Assembly (NCBI GenBank): GCA_963422735.1
Contig: OY730476.1
Location: 3,552,001-3,616,000 of the forward strand
DNA: 64,000 nucleotides
Source: Candidatus Latescibacterota bacterium
GTDB taxonomy: Bacteria > Latescibacterota > UBA2968 > UBA8231
Direction: 5' to 3'
This document shows, piece after piece, positions 10,646-20,017 of the stretch. The stretch's first letter is position 1, and each line of letters begins with the position of its first letter. The position numbers and the translations under genes were made by a program. The notes beneath the pieces are model-generated. The model searched no databases. It was not told where the DNA came from and was given only the letters and a program-made list of their open reading frames with translations.

Positions 10646-11491
10646 ATGCGCGTATTGATTACGGGAACCAGCGGTTTTATTGGCCGGGCGTTGGCCGCAG
10701 ATATGGCTGCGGACCACGAGGTGGTCTGTCTGTCGCGCCAGCCGACGGAGGTCTCAGGGGTGGCGGTGGTGGTTGGAGATTTTTCGCGGATAGAGGATTT
10801 GCACCGATTGGACGGGTGGGACTTCGACGCGCTGGTCCATCTGGGAGCGGTGACGGGCGCGGGTGCCGAAGCGGACCTCATGCGCGTCAATGTCATGGGA
10901 ACCTACGGCTTGTTGCGCTATCTGATCGAGCGAGGTTGCGGAAAATTCGCATTGGCCTCGTCGATCGCAGCGGTCGGGATGCAGTCGGTGCATTTTCGGC
11001 CGCTCGAACTGCCGATGTCGGATGAGCATCCGTGTCTCGACCGCGACGGCTACGGTTTTTCCAAATACATGATGGAGGAGACGACCCGCTATCTGGCGCG
11101 GCAGCGGGAGGACCTAGACATCATCAATATTAGGCTGGCTTCGATTTGGCCCGAAGACAGGGTGGCTGAGCCACGGCAGCCGGGGCCGGTGGTGCAGTGG
11201 GGGATGGGGGCGATTTCGTGTATGTATTTGAGCGATGCGGTGCGGTGCTTCCGGCTGGCGGCGGAGCGCCCGTACAAGGCAGGGGTGCGGATTTTGAACG
11301 CGGTGGGGACGCAGGCCTGTGTGGCCTGTACGGTGCCGGAGTTGATGCGGATTTGGTATGGGGCGGATGCGGAGGAGATCGACATGGCGCATTATGAGCG
11401 GGCGGGGCACGAGCGGGATCCGGTGTATGATATTGCGCGGATTGAAGCGGAGTTGGGATTTGTGCCGGCGCGGAGTGTGTTGCCGGAGTGA
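10646..11491 (+). CDS. NAD-dependent epimerase/dehydratase (extended SDR)
   Basis: ITGTSGFIG, ASS, YGFSK (YxxxK). Confidence 0.88.
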   Translation: MRVLITGTSGFIGRALAADMAADHEVVCLSRQPTEVSGVAVVVGDFSRIEDLHRLDGWDFDALVHLGAVTGAGAEADLMRVNVMGTYGLLRYLIERGCGKFALASSIAAVGMQSVHFRPLELPMSDEHPCLDRDGYGFSKYMMEETTRYLARQREDLDIINIRLASIWPEDRVAEPRQPGPVVQWGMGAISCMYLSDAVRCFRLAAERPYKAGVRILNAVGTQACVACTVPELMRIWYGADAEEIDMAHYERAGHERDPVYDIARIEAELGFVPARSVLPE

Positions 11492-11575
11492 ACGCGGGAT
11501 CCGGGCGATCTGGCGATAGTCGGGGATCTCATACTGGCCAATGTCAACTACGCGCCCTTCACCCATTGCCACTGG

Positions 11576-12979
11576 CTATTCTTGCGCGAACGGTTGACTT
11601 TTGCTGGTCGCAGAGTCTTTCCAATGGCCGCCTACCGGCCTGAGTTGGCCCTTGCCCGTCACCGCGAAGTTGCGGCCATCTCGCTCGGGCACCACGTAGC
11701 GTTCGTACCACGCCTCCAGCCGCTGCTTCAGGTCGCCGATCCGTCCGGCTTGGCTGGGATCGTCCGCCAGATTGATGCGCTCGTCCGGGTCGTTGGCTAG
11801 GTCGTACAGTTCGTGCGGCCCATCTGGATAGCGATGGACGTATTTCCACTCCTTGGTGCGCATCATCCGCGTCGCCCCGTACTCGTCGTAGATCACTACC
11901 TCCTGCCGACCGGTTTCGTCCTCCCCCAACAACAGTGGCAGCACACTCCGTCCGGGCAAGCCGAGGCCCTCGGGCCGCGGCAGCTCTAGATAGTCGAGCA
12001 AGGTCGGCATAAAGTCGTAGGCGCTGACCATGCCCTCCTGTACGCCCCCCGCAGGTATGCAACTGGGGTGGCTGACGACGAAGGGAACCTTGATCGAATT
12101 CTCGTACATGTTCGGCGGACAGGTACCATTGCCCTTGCCCCAGAAACCATGGTGGCCGCAGCTAAAGCCATTGTCGCTGGTGAAGATTACTAGCGTGTCC
12201 TCGCGCAGCCCCTTTTCCTCCAGCTTGTCGATGATACGCCCGATGTCGCGGTCCATCGCCGTCACCGCCGCGAAATAGCCCTTGAGCATCTCGCGGTTGC
12301 CCAAGCAGTTCTCGCTCAGCGAGTGGCCCACCGCCCAGGGGTGGATCGCCTCCTGCGGACAGGAGTCGAACGCGCAATTATCATAGGAATCGACGATCTC
12401 CTGCGGGTGACCAGTCCACGGACTGTGCGGCGCCGTGTAGTGTACGCCTAGGTAAAAGGGCGCGTCGCCGTCGGTGTGCCGATCGATAAACGCCAGCGCG
12501 TCGTCGGTGATCGCCGTCGTCACGTAGCCCGGCTCGGTGATCAGCTCGCCGTTGCGGATCATGGGCGCGTCGTTGTATGGCCCGCCGCCCTGCTGATGCA
12601 CGTACCAATGCGCGAAGCCGTGCTGCGCGAGTTGGCTGTGTCCCAGATGCCACTTGCCGCTTAGTCCGCAGACCCAGCCGTTTGCAGCGAGGATGTCGGT
12701 ATAGGCTACCTCGCCTGCGATATAGGCGGCTGCGGACGCGCCGATGTTGCCCTCTCTGATCCAGTCGTGGACCCCGTGCTGCGAGGGGATCTGCCCGGTC
12801 AAAAAGGTCGCACGGCTGGGCGAGCAGACCGGCGTCGCGACAAAGAAATTGTCAAAGCGCATGCCGGTCTGGGCGATGTGGTCAATTGCCGGAGTGCGGA
12901 TTTCCGCGTTGCCATAACAGCCGGCGGCCCAAGGGCCTTGGTCGTCGCTGAGGATGAAGACGATGTTGGGTCTGTTCAT
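11576..12979 (-). CDS. Formylglycine-dependent sulfatase (S1), no signal peptide
   Basis: PNIVFILSDDQ, CSPSR, GKWHLG, FTSDNG, ELYDLANDPDE. Confidence 0.93.
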   Translation of the reverse strand: MNRPNIVFILSDDQGPWAAGCYGNAEIRTPAIDHIAQTGMRFDNFFVATPVCSPSRATFLTGQIPSQHGVHDWIREGNIGASAAAYIAGEVAYTDILAANGWVCGLSGKWHLGHSQLAQHGFAHWYVHQQGGGPYNDAPMIRNGELITEPGYVTTAITDDALAFIDRHTDGDAPFYLGVHYTAPHSPWTGHPQEIVDSYDNCAFDSCPQEAIHPWAVGHSLSENCLGNREMLKGYFAAVTAMDRDIGRIIDKLEEKGLREDTLVIFTSDNGFSCGHHGFWGKGNGTCPPNMYENSIKVPFVVSHPSCIPAGGVQEGMVSAYDFMPTLLDYLELPRPEGLGLPGRSVLPLLLGEDETGRQEVVIYDEYGATRMMRTKEWKYVHRYPDGPHELYDLANDPDERINLADDPSQAGRIGDLKQRLEAWYERYVVPERDGRNFAVTGKGQLRPVGGHWKDSATSKSQPFAQE

Positions 12980-12996
12980 ACTATATATCATATCGA

Positions 12997-14067
12997 TTAA
13001 CCGTAGATCGCCTGAATCATGGCATTGATGTAGCCGAAGCAGTAAGCATAGGACTGATAGTAGCCCTTCGGATCGTCGTCGGTGCGCGGGACGTGATCAG
13101 GATCAATGCCGTAACAGTAGCCTGTGTCCTTGAGGGCCTTTAATACCCGGTGGAAGTCCATATCTCCTTCGTCGGGCAGAGCCTCGCGGAAGCTGTAACG
13201 CCCTCCGAGGAGGTTGCGATAGTGAACGAGGAAGATCGTATTACGGCTGCCAAAGTATTCTATGATGGGGTAGATTTCATTGGCCGGAACTTCGAGCCCT
13301 TCAGCGATGGAGCCGACGCAGAAGTTCCAGCCGTGATACGGACTGCGCTGAATCTCGATGAAACGCTTCATGCCCTCAAAGTCATTGAGAACTTTGTCAA
13401 CGCCCTTATAACCGGGAGGTGTGGCAGGGTCTTCCTGAGAATTGCCCATTCGAACCTTGAATTCTTCTGCCACTGGGATCATGCGTTCGAGCAGATACTC
13501 AATTCGTTCCCAGTGCATGTCTGCCGTGACGCGCCCGGCCTCAGTCAGCTTGGCCTGTTCTTGTGCCGGGACCTTGTCTAGGCGGAACGCAGTGTGGTAG
13601 TAGCCGCCGCGACCTTCTTCTCGTTCGGTGCGGTCGATGGGCAGGACGCAAGTGTTATAGCGCAGAGAATTGATGCCGGCGCGCGAAGCGGTTCGGATCA
13701 TTTCGCATACGAGGTCAATTTCTCGGTCGCGCTCCGGGCTTTTGCCAAAATAGATGATGTTGGGAAATTTCTCATATATGGGTAGCGCACTCATATCCAG
13801 TGCCAGCCCGAAGGCTTCGTGGTGCTCTCTTTCTCGGACCAACTCGTCGAGATCCCAGCCACGGTCGGGGTGGAAGGGAAAGGTGGCGGCCTTGTGGCGC
13901 ACACCACAGCGCTGCAAAAAGCGCAACTCGGCATCGGTTGACCCAAAACCCTGTGTGCGCACATACATACGACCGCCGTTCGTCGATGTTTGTGATGCGC
14001 CTTCGGCGGCCGAAGCCGCGGCCTCACCGGCTGCGAGGCCTTTTTCAAATGGATCGGATTTCTTCAT
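12997..14067 (-). CDS. Mannonate dehydratase (UxuA-like)
   Basis: WERIEYLLERMIPVAEEFKVRM, NFCVGS, VHYRN, DEGDMD, PDHVP, FGYINA. Confidence 0.8.
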   Translation of the reverse strand: MKKSDPFEKGLAAGEAAASAAEGASQTSTNGGRMYVRTQGFGSTDAELRFLQRCGVRHKAATFPFHPDRGWDLDELVREREHHEAFGLALDMSALPIYEKFPNIIYFGKSPERDREIDLVCEMIRTASRAGINSLRYNTCVLPIDRTEREEGRGGYYHTAFRLDKVPAQEQAKLTEAGRVTADMHWERIEYLLERMIPVAEEFKVRMGNSQEDPATPPGYKGVDKVLNDFEGMKRFIEIQRSPYHGWNFCVGSIAEGLEVPANEIYPIIEYFGSRNTIFLVHYRNLLGGRYSFREALPDEGDMDFHRVLKALKDTGYCYGIDPDHVPRTDDDPKGYYQSYAYCFGYINAMIQAIYG

Positions 14068-14224
14068 GTGATTCCTTTCGTTGGTATGGCGTTGATGTGG
14101 CAAGCCAGACGACGCACACTGTCGCTTTTTGTGGTAGTGAATTCTATAAAATAGTAGAAATGTATTTGAACCTAAAGGTTCTGATTGCTATTTCATAGCT
14201 AGGCGGCATTTGAACATCCATGTC

Positions 14225-15973
14225 TTATTGTGCGGGTTCTAAGTTGAGTAAGACGAGCAGCCAAGTGCGGTGCCAGTAGGCACTGTTGACGTAGGGGTTT
14301 TCAGCCGTGGGCCAGTTTTTCCAATAGGTTTCGTTGTGGGGAATCCGGTGATACCACTGGATCAGCGGGATCGAAGGCAGTTCGCGCAACCAGATATCCA
14401 TCGCCCGGCGGAAGAGCGCGACCAGTTCTGGGTCTTCCGGCGAAACCTCGGCCATGCGGTCGACGATCGCGTCGAATTCTTCATGTTGCCAACGCCAGAA
14501 GTACTCGGCCGCCGTCCCCGTCGGCTGCACGAAGCGACTGTGGTAGAGGCGCAAGGTAAAATAAGGATCCCGCACCGAAGCCGCGTGTCCCATCACAAAG
14601 GCCCGGGCCGTGCCTTGGGTCATACGAGTATAGGCGTCGTTGGTGGCGCGGAAGCTGGCGTCAAAACCGGCTTGGCGCAATTGTTCGATCAGCACCGGCG
14701 TGAAGTCTTGGAAGAGGTTGGGGAAGACATCTACCACTATCTTGAGGCGCGTCCCGTCCTTTCCCCAAAAACCGTCCGCGTCCTTGTGCCATCCCTTGCG
14801 CTCCATGATCTTCGCCGTGCGGGCCGGGTCGTAGGTATTCAACTGATATTGAGCGAAAAGACCTTGGATATGGTCGATATAGCGCATCAGCGGAGGAAAT
14901 TCGGGATAGGGATGTAGCGTGAATTTGCCCGCTCCCTGCCAACCTACGTCAACCACTTGGGCGCGATTGATCGCGTAGTTGATAGCCCAGCGAATCTCTG
15001 GGTCGCTGAAGGGCTCTTCGAGATTGTTGAAACCCAGCGACAGCGGCCACCAATCCAGATAGCCGTAGGGTGCTTTTCTGCCTGTCCAGGTGGAGATATT
15101 GGGATTTTGCTCGAGAACGGTCTTGATATTGACGGGGCGCAAGTCCACGCTCGAATCGATCTCGTTGGCCAAGAGTTGCTGGGACCACTTGGCTTCGTTG
15201 CCAAAGGGCAGATAGATGATGCGCTCCACCTTGGGTAGTCTCTGGAACCCCAATCCAGCCGCCCACCAGTCCTGCCTCAGATCCCAAACCCGCTGTTCGG
15301 GAGCGGCAATCACTAGGCGATAAGGCCCGCTGACCACCGGCCAGCCCTTTGTTTGGTCGAGGTTTTTGAAGGTCTTGGCGTCTTGGTCTTTCCAAATGTG
15401 CTCGGGGACGATGCGGACCCCATTGACGAAACAATCGGTGAAGTACGAAAACAGAAACCTTGGATTGGGTGCCCTCAGTGTAATGCGAGCCGTCAACTCG
15501 TCCACGGCCGCAGCCTCGGCGACCCAGGTTTTCATATCGGTGGACAGAAGCAATTCCGGCGCATGGGCCTTGAGCATATTGATGGTGAAGACCAAGTCGT
15601 GCGCCGTCCACGGCACGCCGTCGCTCCACTGGACCCCATCGCGAATTTTGATGGTGATTTCGGTATAATCCTCGTTGTATTGGTGGCTCTCCGCGATCCA
15701 AGGGATGAGATTATTTTCTTCGCTATAAGCATTGTAATAATAGAGCGGCTCGAAGAGGAAATTGGATCCCGTCGAAGACACGACGCCGGGTATAAAGGGG
15801 TTGAAGGCGTCGTAGTCCTGCATCTGGGTCAGTCCGAGGATCAGCGTCCGGTCACGAGGGACTTGCCGCACACTCGGCTCTTGTTCCGCTTGGTCGTCGG
15901 CACCACCGCACGCTAAGAGCAAAGCGCAACAAAACCAAGAGCACCAAATCCGCGTTTGGCTTCCGTCTCGCAT
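14225..15973 (-). CDS. ABC transporter substrate-binding lipoprotein, family 5 (peptide/oligosaccharide)
   Basis: Lipobox LLAC; LIPWIAES, IRDGVQWSDG, TAHDLVFT, PFSDPEIRWAINYAINR. Confidence 0.9.
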   Translation of the reverse strand: MRDGSQTRIWCSWFCCALLLACGGADDQAEQEPSVRQVPRDRTLILGLTQMQDYDAFNPFIPGVVSSTGSNFLFEPLYYYNAYSEENNLIPWIAESHQYNEDYTEITIKIRDGVQWSDGVPWTAHDLVFTINMLKAHAPELLLSTDMKTWVAEAAAVDELTARITLRAPNPRFLFSYFTDCFVNGVRIVPEHIWKDQDAKTFKNLDQTKGWPVVSGPYRLVIAAPEQRVWDLRQDWWAAGLGFQRLPKVERIIYLPFGNEAKWSQQLLANEIDSSVDLRPVNIKTVLEQNPNISTWTGRKAPYGYLDWWPLSLGFNNLEEPFSDPEIRWAINYAINRAQVVDVGWQGAGKFTLHPYPEFPPLMRYIDHIQGLFAQYQLNTYDPARTAKIMERKGWHKDADGFWGKDGTRLKIVVDVFPNLFQDFTPVLIEQLRQAGFDASFRATNDAYTRMTQGTARAFVMGHAASVRDPYFTLRLYHSRFVQPTGTAAEYFWRWQHEEFDAIVDRMAEVSPEDPELVALFRRAMDIWLRELPSIPLIQWYHRIPHNETYWKNWPTAENPYVNSAYWHRTWLLVLLNLEPAQ

Positions 15974-16169
15974 GTGAAATTCCTTCGACGTTTAAACGCT
16001 CTGCTCAGGTGCGGCTAAGTCGCGCAGTTTGCGTTGCCAGCAGTATTGGATTCCGCCGTTTTGTGGATAGACGGACTTGGAAAAAGCCGGACGAGCAGGT
16101 AGAAATGTAGGAAAATTTGACACAGGGGAGAACATTGCCCATCTCTAGAAAAACGGAAGGGAGTAGCTA

Positions 16170-16940
16170 ATGGAATACAGCGACGAACACCACGCCTGCT
16201 TTGAGGAGCACGGCTACGCACGGCTCGGGAAGGTCCTCGACGACGCGGGATTGGCCGAACTACAGCAGCGCATCAACGCGATCATGATCGGCGAGATCCC
16301 CTACCCGGAGATGGACTTTCAGCTCGACGGCGAGGACGCCGACTATGCGGAGATGCCCACCGTCTCTCGTGGCCACAAGGGCACCACGCTCCAGTACCGC
16401 AAGATTATGGGCTTGGAGCAGGATCTCGTCTATCTCGCCTACATGCAGCACCCGCTTTTCCGCCAGATTACCCTGCGCTATATCGGCGAGGATGTGTCGA
16501 TCTTCCGGGCGATGTTTATGAACAAGCCAGCGGAAAAGGGCACAATACTACCTTGGCACCAAGATGTGGGCGTGGGTTGGGGCGTGGATTACAACCCGAC
16601 TATCACGGTTTGGACCGCGCTTGACCCGGCGACGATCGCAAACGGCTGTATGCAGATCGTGCCCGGCAGCCACAAGCGCGGGGTAATCACCGAAAGGCAC
16701 TTTCCTTCGGCAGAGCAGCTAGCCGAATGCGCGCCGCCAGGAGCGGAAATCGACCTCGAAGCCGAGGCAGGCGAGGCGATTTTGCTCAACAACCTGCTGC
16801 TGCACCGCTCGGGGATCAACCCGACGGGTCAGTCGCGCCGCGCCTTTAGCGTCGCCTATATGGATGGGGCCGCGCGTTCTGTGAGCACGGGCGAGGGCTA
16901 TCCGATGATCTTTGGCGCAAAGGCGCTGGTCCCGGTCTAG
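16170..16940 (+). CDS. Phytanoyl-CoA dioxygenase (PhyH) family Fe(II)/2OG enzyme
   Basis: PWHQD, TVWTALD, NGCMQIVPGSHK, LLHRSGINPTGQSRR. Confidence 0.9.
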   Translation: MEYSDEHHACFEEHGYARLGKVLDDAGLAELQQRINAIMIGEIPYPEMDFQLDGEDADYAEMPTVSRGHKGTTLQYRKIMGLEQDLVYLAYMQHPLFRQITLRYIGEDVSIFRAMFMNKPAEKGTILPWHQDVGVGWGVDYNPTITVWTALDPATIANGCMQIVPGSHKRGVITERHFPSAEQLAECAPPGAEIDLEAEAGEAILLNNLLLHRSGINPTGQSRRAFSVAYMDGAARSVSTGEGYPMIFGAKALVPV

Positions 16941-17992
16941 CCGGGCCACTGCTGGGTGGAGATGGCGTAGCGGGCGACAGCCTCCTCGTCCAAATCCACG
17001 CCCAAACCCGGTCCGGTGGGCACGATTGCGTAGCCGTCTTTGACTAGCGGTTCTTTGAGCAGGCTGTGCTCGTGCACGAAGTTGCCGCAGAGGTCGGAGC
17101 CAAAGGTGCAGTTGGGTGCGGCGGCCGAAGCGTGGAGGCGGAAGGCATCGAAAATCCCCAGATCGACATTGGAGGCTTGCCACACGGGGAGGTCCCCGCT
17201 TGCGGCGATGCGCGCCATGTCGAGGAAATCCCAATCCGAGGGGGCAATGTTGAAAGCGTCAACCGCTTCGAGATGCACTGCGTCGATGATCTGGCGGGGG
17301 TTCTGGAAGTGCGGGGCGACGAAGACGCTGGTCTCTTCCTTAAAGCGTCGATATTCGTTGAGATCGGTTTTGGGGAAGGGATCTTCGAAGACCACGTCGA
17401 GTCCATCGAGACGGCGGGCTAGGTCGAGCGCGTTTTTAAGATTGTAGAAGCGCTCGTTGGGGTCTAGGATCACCCGCAGGTCCGGCGCAACTTCGAGACT
17501 GGCGCGGACCCGGTCCTCCATATTGGCATCTTCCCACCGGCACTTCATCTTGATGCCGTGGAAACCCAGCTCGGCGGCGCGTTGGCCCGCGCGGGCGGTA
17601 TCCGTGGCGTTCATCCGCCCGATCCAGTAGTCAACCAGCACCTTGTCTTGTAGCTTGCCGCCGAAAATGCGGCACAGCGGCCAGCCGACCATTTTGCCGA
17701 TCAGGTCGAGGAGGGCGATGTTCCAGCTACCGCCGCGCAAAGCGCGTGGCTCAAAGGTGCTGGGGTCTTTGCCGATCAGGTCGGGTGGTTGCTCTGCGTG
17801 GTCGCCGTAGTACGGTCCGCTCATGCCGAGGCCGGTCAGTCCTTGGTTGGTGTGAATCCTGAGGACATCTTGACGCCGCGTCGAGAGCGGCTCGGGATAG
17901 CCGGGCGCAGGCTCGTCGTACTCGGGCGGGGGTAGGATGCCTGGGAGAAAGGGCACGCAACAGACGGTGCGTTCGAGGCGGGTAATCTGCAT
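16937..17992 (-). CDS. Mandelate racemase/muconate lactonizing (enolase superfamily) protein, divergent active site
   Basis: IALLDLIGK..GWPL..FGG, KMK, LDPN, FEDP, VPTGPGLGV. Confidence 0.85.
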   Translation of the reverse strand: MQITRLERTVCCVPFLPGILPPPEYDEPAPGYPEPLSTRRQDVLRIHTNQGLTGLGMSGPYYGDHAEQPPDLIGKDPSTFEPRALRGGSWNIALLDLIGKMVGWPLCRIFGGKLQDKVLVDYWIGRMNATDTARAGQRAAELGFHGIKMKCRWEDANMEDRVRASLEVAPDLRVILDPNERFYNLKNALDLARRLDGLDVVFEDPFPKTDLNEYRRFKEETSVFVAPHFQNPRQIIDAVHLEAVDAFNIAPSDWDFLDMARIAASGDLPVWQASNVDLGIFDAFRLHASAAAPNCTFGSDLCGNFVHEHSLLKEPLVKDGYAIVPTGPGLGVDLDEEAVARYAISTQQWPG

Positions 17993-17997
17993 GGCAC

Positions 17998-18873
17998 TCA
18001 GTACAGGGCTTGGTAGAGCTTGCGCTGATAGTCGGCTACCAGCGGATTGTCGCGGCCGAGTAGATGAAAGATGGCGACCATGGCATCCTTGGCTCGGTCG
18101 CCGTTCGGTTTTTTTCCCACGATGTGCAGCCACTCCTGCAACGCGATTTCGTAGTCGCCCTCAAAGGCCGCGCAACAGGCCAATAGGTAGCGGGCCTCTT
18201 GGTCGTCTGGCCGACTGAGCATCCGCTGGGTGCAGGCAGCGCGGCCCCCAGCCTGCTGGCACTGGTTGGCAAACTCGATCTGGGCGAGCAGCGCTTGGGC
18301 CTGCGGGTACTCGGGAGTATCCTCCCCGACGAGATTGACCAGTTCCTGCACGGTCTCGAAGCGGCTCTGCCTCAGGTGAATCTTCGCTAGGCCGATGAGA
18401 GCGGGGCCATCGGTAGGATTTTCCTCAAGCACGTTCTCGTACTGGCGGGCAGCCCCGTTGAGGTCACCGATGGCCGCTAAGTCGTCGGCGCGATGGACGG
18501 CTTCTTCGGCCGCTGGAAGTGGGGCTTGGGGCACTAGGGGCCGGAGGATCGCCTCGATCTGTTCCTTGGGCAGAGCGCCGGTGAATTCTTGGGCTAGCTG
18601 GCCGTCTTTGATGATTTTTACCGCGGGGATGCCTTGGACCCGAAAGGCCATGGCTAGCTGCTGGTTTTCATCGATGTTGATCTTGGCTAGGGCCACGCCG
18701 GGGCCAAGTGCCGCGACGATGTCTTCGAGAATGGGTCCTAAGGTCTTACAGGGGCCGCACCAAGGGGCCCAAAAATCGACGACGATGACGCGCTCCTGCG
18801 AGCCTTGGAGGACCCGCTCTTCAAAGTTTTGCTCATCGACGTCGAATATCTGTGGTTGGGTTTGGATTTCCAT
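17998..18873 (-). CDS. cnoX: Thioredoxin-TPR chaperedoxin (CnoX/YbbN family)
   Basis: VDFWAPWCGPCK followed by TPR-like helices ending YQRKLYQALY. Confidence 0.88.
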   Translation of the reverse strand: MEIQTQPQIFDVDEQNFEERVLQGSQERVIVVDFWAPWCGPCKTLGPILEDIVAALGPGVALAKINIDENQQLAMAFRVQGIPAVKIIKDGQLAQEFTGALPKEQIEAILRPLVPQAPLPAAEEAVHRADDLAAIGDLNGAARQYENVLEENPTDGPALIGLAKIHLRQSRFETVQELVNLVGEDTPEYPQAQALLAQIEFANQCQQAGGRAACTQRMLSRPDDQEARYLLACCAAFEGDYEIALQEWLHIVGKKPNGDRAKDAMVAIFHLLGRDNPLVADYQRKLYQALY

Positions 18874-18938
18874 GGCGTCCTTCCGGTGTGAAAAAGAGGA
18901 ACATGTCGATTTTTGTTGGGTAGTTTCTAAATCGGTGA

Positions 18939-18966
18939 GTAGGGCACCCACAAGGGGTGCCCCTAC
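18939..18966. repeat. GTAG-type REP-like palindrome
   Basis: GTAGGGCACCC-ACAA-GGGGTGCCCCTAC, overlapping the TAG stop of the PLP-enzyme gene. Confidence 0.6.
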
Positions 18967-20012
18967 CGGGCGCGGCCTCGGCCGGCGACTTTCCATTCCT
19001 CTACGACTTCGCCGTTGCGGAGGGCGAAGAGGCGATCGTGGAGGTTGGTGGTCATTCCGCCGTGCAGGGGGATGAAAGAGAGGATATCGCCTACCTCGAT
19101 TGGACGATTTGCGGCGGTGATATCGACATGGCCGTGCTCGACGGACATACCTTTTATAAAGAGTTCAGGCTGCTCAATGCAGTAGCCATAGGGGATCGGC
19201 GGGTAGCTGGAGAAGGCCTTCTGGCCGGCATCGACGATGGCCTGTCCCGGGCGGGAGGTACTGACCACGGTGACGACCAAGCGCAACGGACAGCGGGTGG
19301 GGTCGAGGTCCTCGCACTTGCCCACGCGGGTCATGCCCTCGTAGGCATACGAGCCGATGCGGGTCTCGGTGCAACCGAGGGATTTGGAGATGGCTTCACT
19401 GCCGGTGCCGCCGCCGCTGATGATGTGCAGCGGTAGGCCGCTTTTTTGCGCCCCTTCGCGCACTTCGTCGAGGAAGGGGCGAACGCGCTCGCTGCTGGGA
19501 TAGGTCATAACGCCGGTAAAGTCCAGTCCCGGTAGCTGATCGATATGCTGGGCCAGCGCGAGGGTGTCGGCGGGCGATTGGGTGCCGACCCGGCCTCCGC
19601 CAGTGTCCATCTCGACGATTACGTAGATGCGGCAACCAGCGGTCGTGGCTGCCTGCGACAGCCCGTCAACAGTGGCCGCGGAGTCGGCGGCGAGCGTCAG
19701 GGTGCTTTTGCCACTTTGGATCAGGCGCGTCAGGCGGACCAGCTTGGGCCGGCCTACGATGTTGTAGGGAATCAGGATGTTTTGGATACCTCCGTCGGCC
19801 ATGGCCTCGGCCTCGCCCAGCTTCTGGCTGACGATGCCAATGGCCCCTGCGGCGATTTGCATGTGCGCAATGGCCGGCGTCTTGTGGGTCTTGGTGTGGA
19901 CGCGCAGGCCAATTTCGAGTTGATCGCAGGCGCTTTGCAAGCCGCGGATGTTTTTTTCTAGTACGTCGAGATCGACGCACAGGGCGGGGGTGTCGAGTTC
20001 GGTAAAATGCAC
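18963..20012 (-). CDS. D-threonine aldolase/DSD1-like fold-type III PLP enzyme
   Basis: LDTPALCVDLD, RVHTKTHK (PLP Lys), SGGGT, DAGQK, SVEHG; probable GTG start at 20012. Confidence 0.88.
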   Translation of the reverse strand: MHFTELDTPALCVDLDVLEKNIRGLQSACDQLEIGLRVHTKTHKTPAIAHMQIAAGAIGIVSQKLGEAEAMADGGIQNILIPYNIVGRPKLVRLTRLIQSGKSTLTLAADSAATVDGLSQAATTAGCRIYVIVEMDTGGGRVGTQSPADTLALAQHIDQLPGLDFTGVMTYPSSERVRPFLDEVREGAQKSGLPLHIISGGGTGSEAISKSLGCTETRIGSYAYEGMTRVGKCEDLDPTRCPLRLVVTVVSTSRPGQAIVDAGQKAFSSYPPIPYGYCIEQPELFIKGMSVEHGHVDITAANRPIEVGDILSFIPLHGGMTTNLHDRLFALRNGEVVEEWKVAGRGRAR

Positions 20013-20017
20013 GGCAC

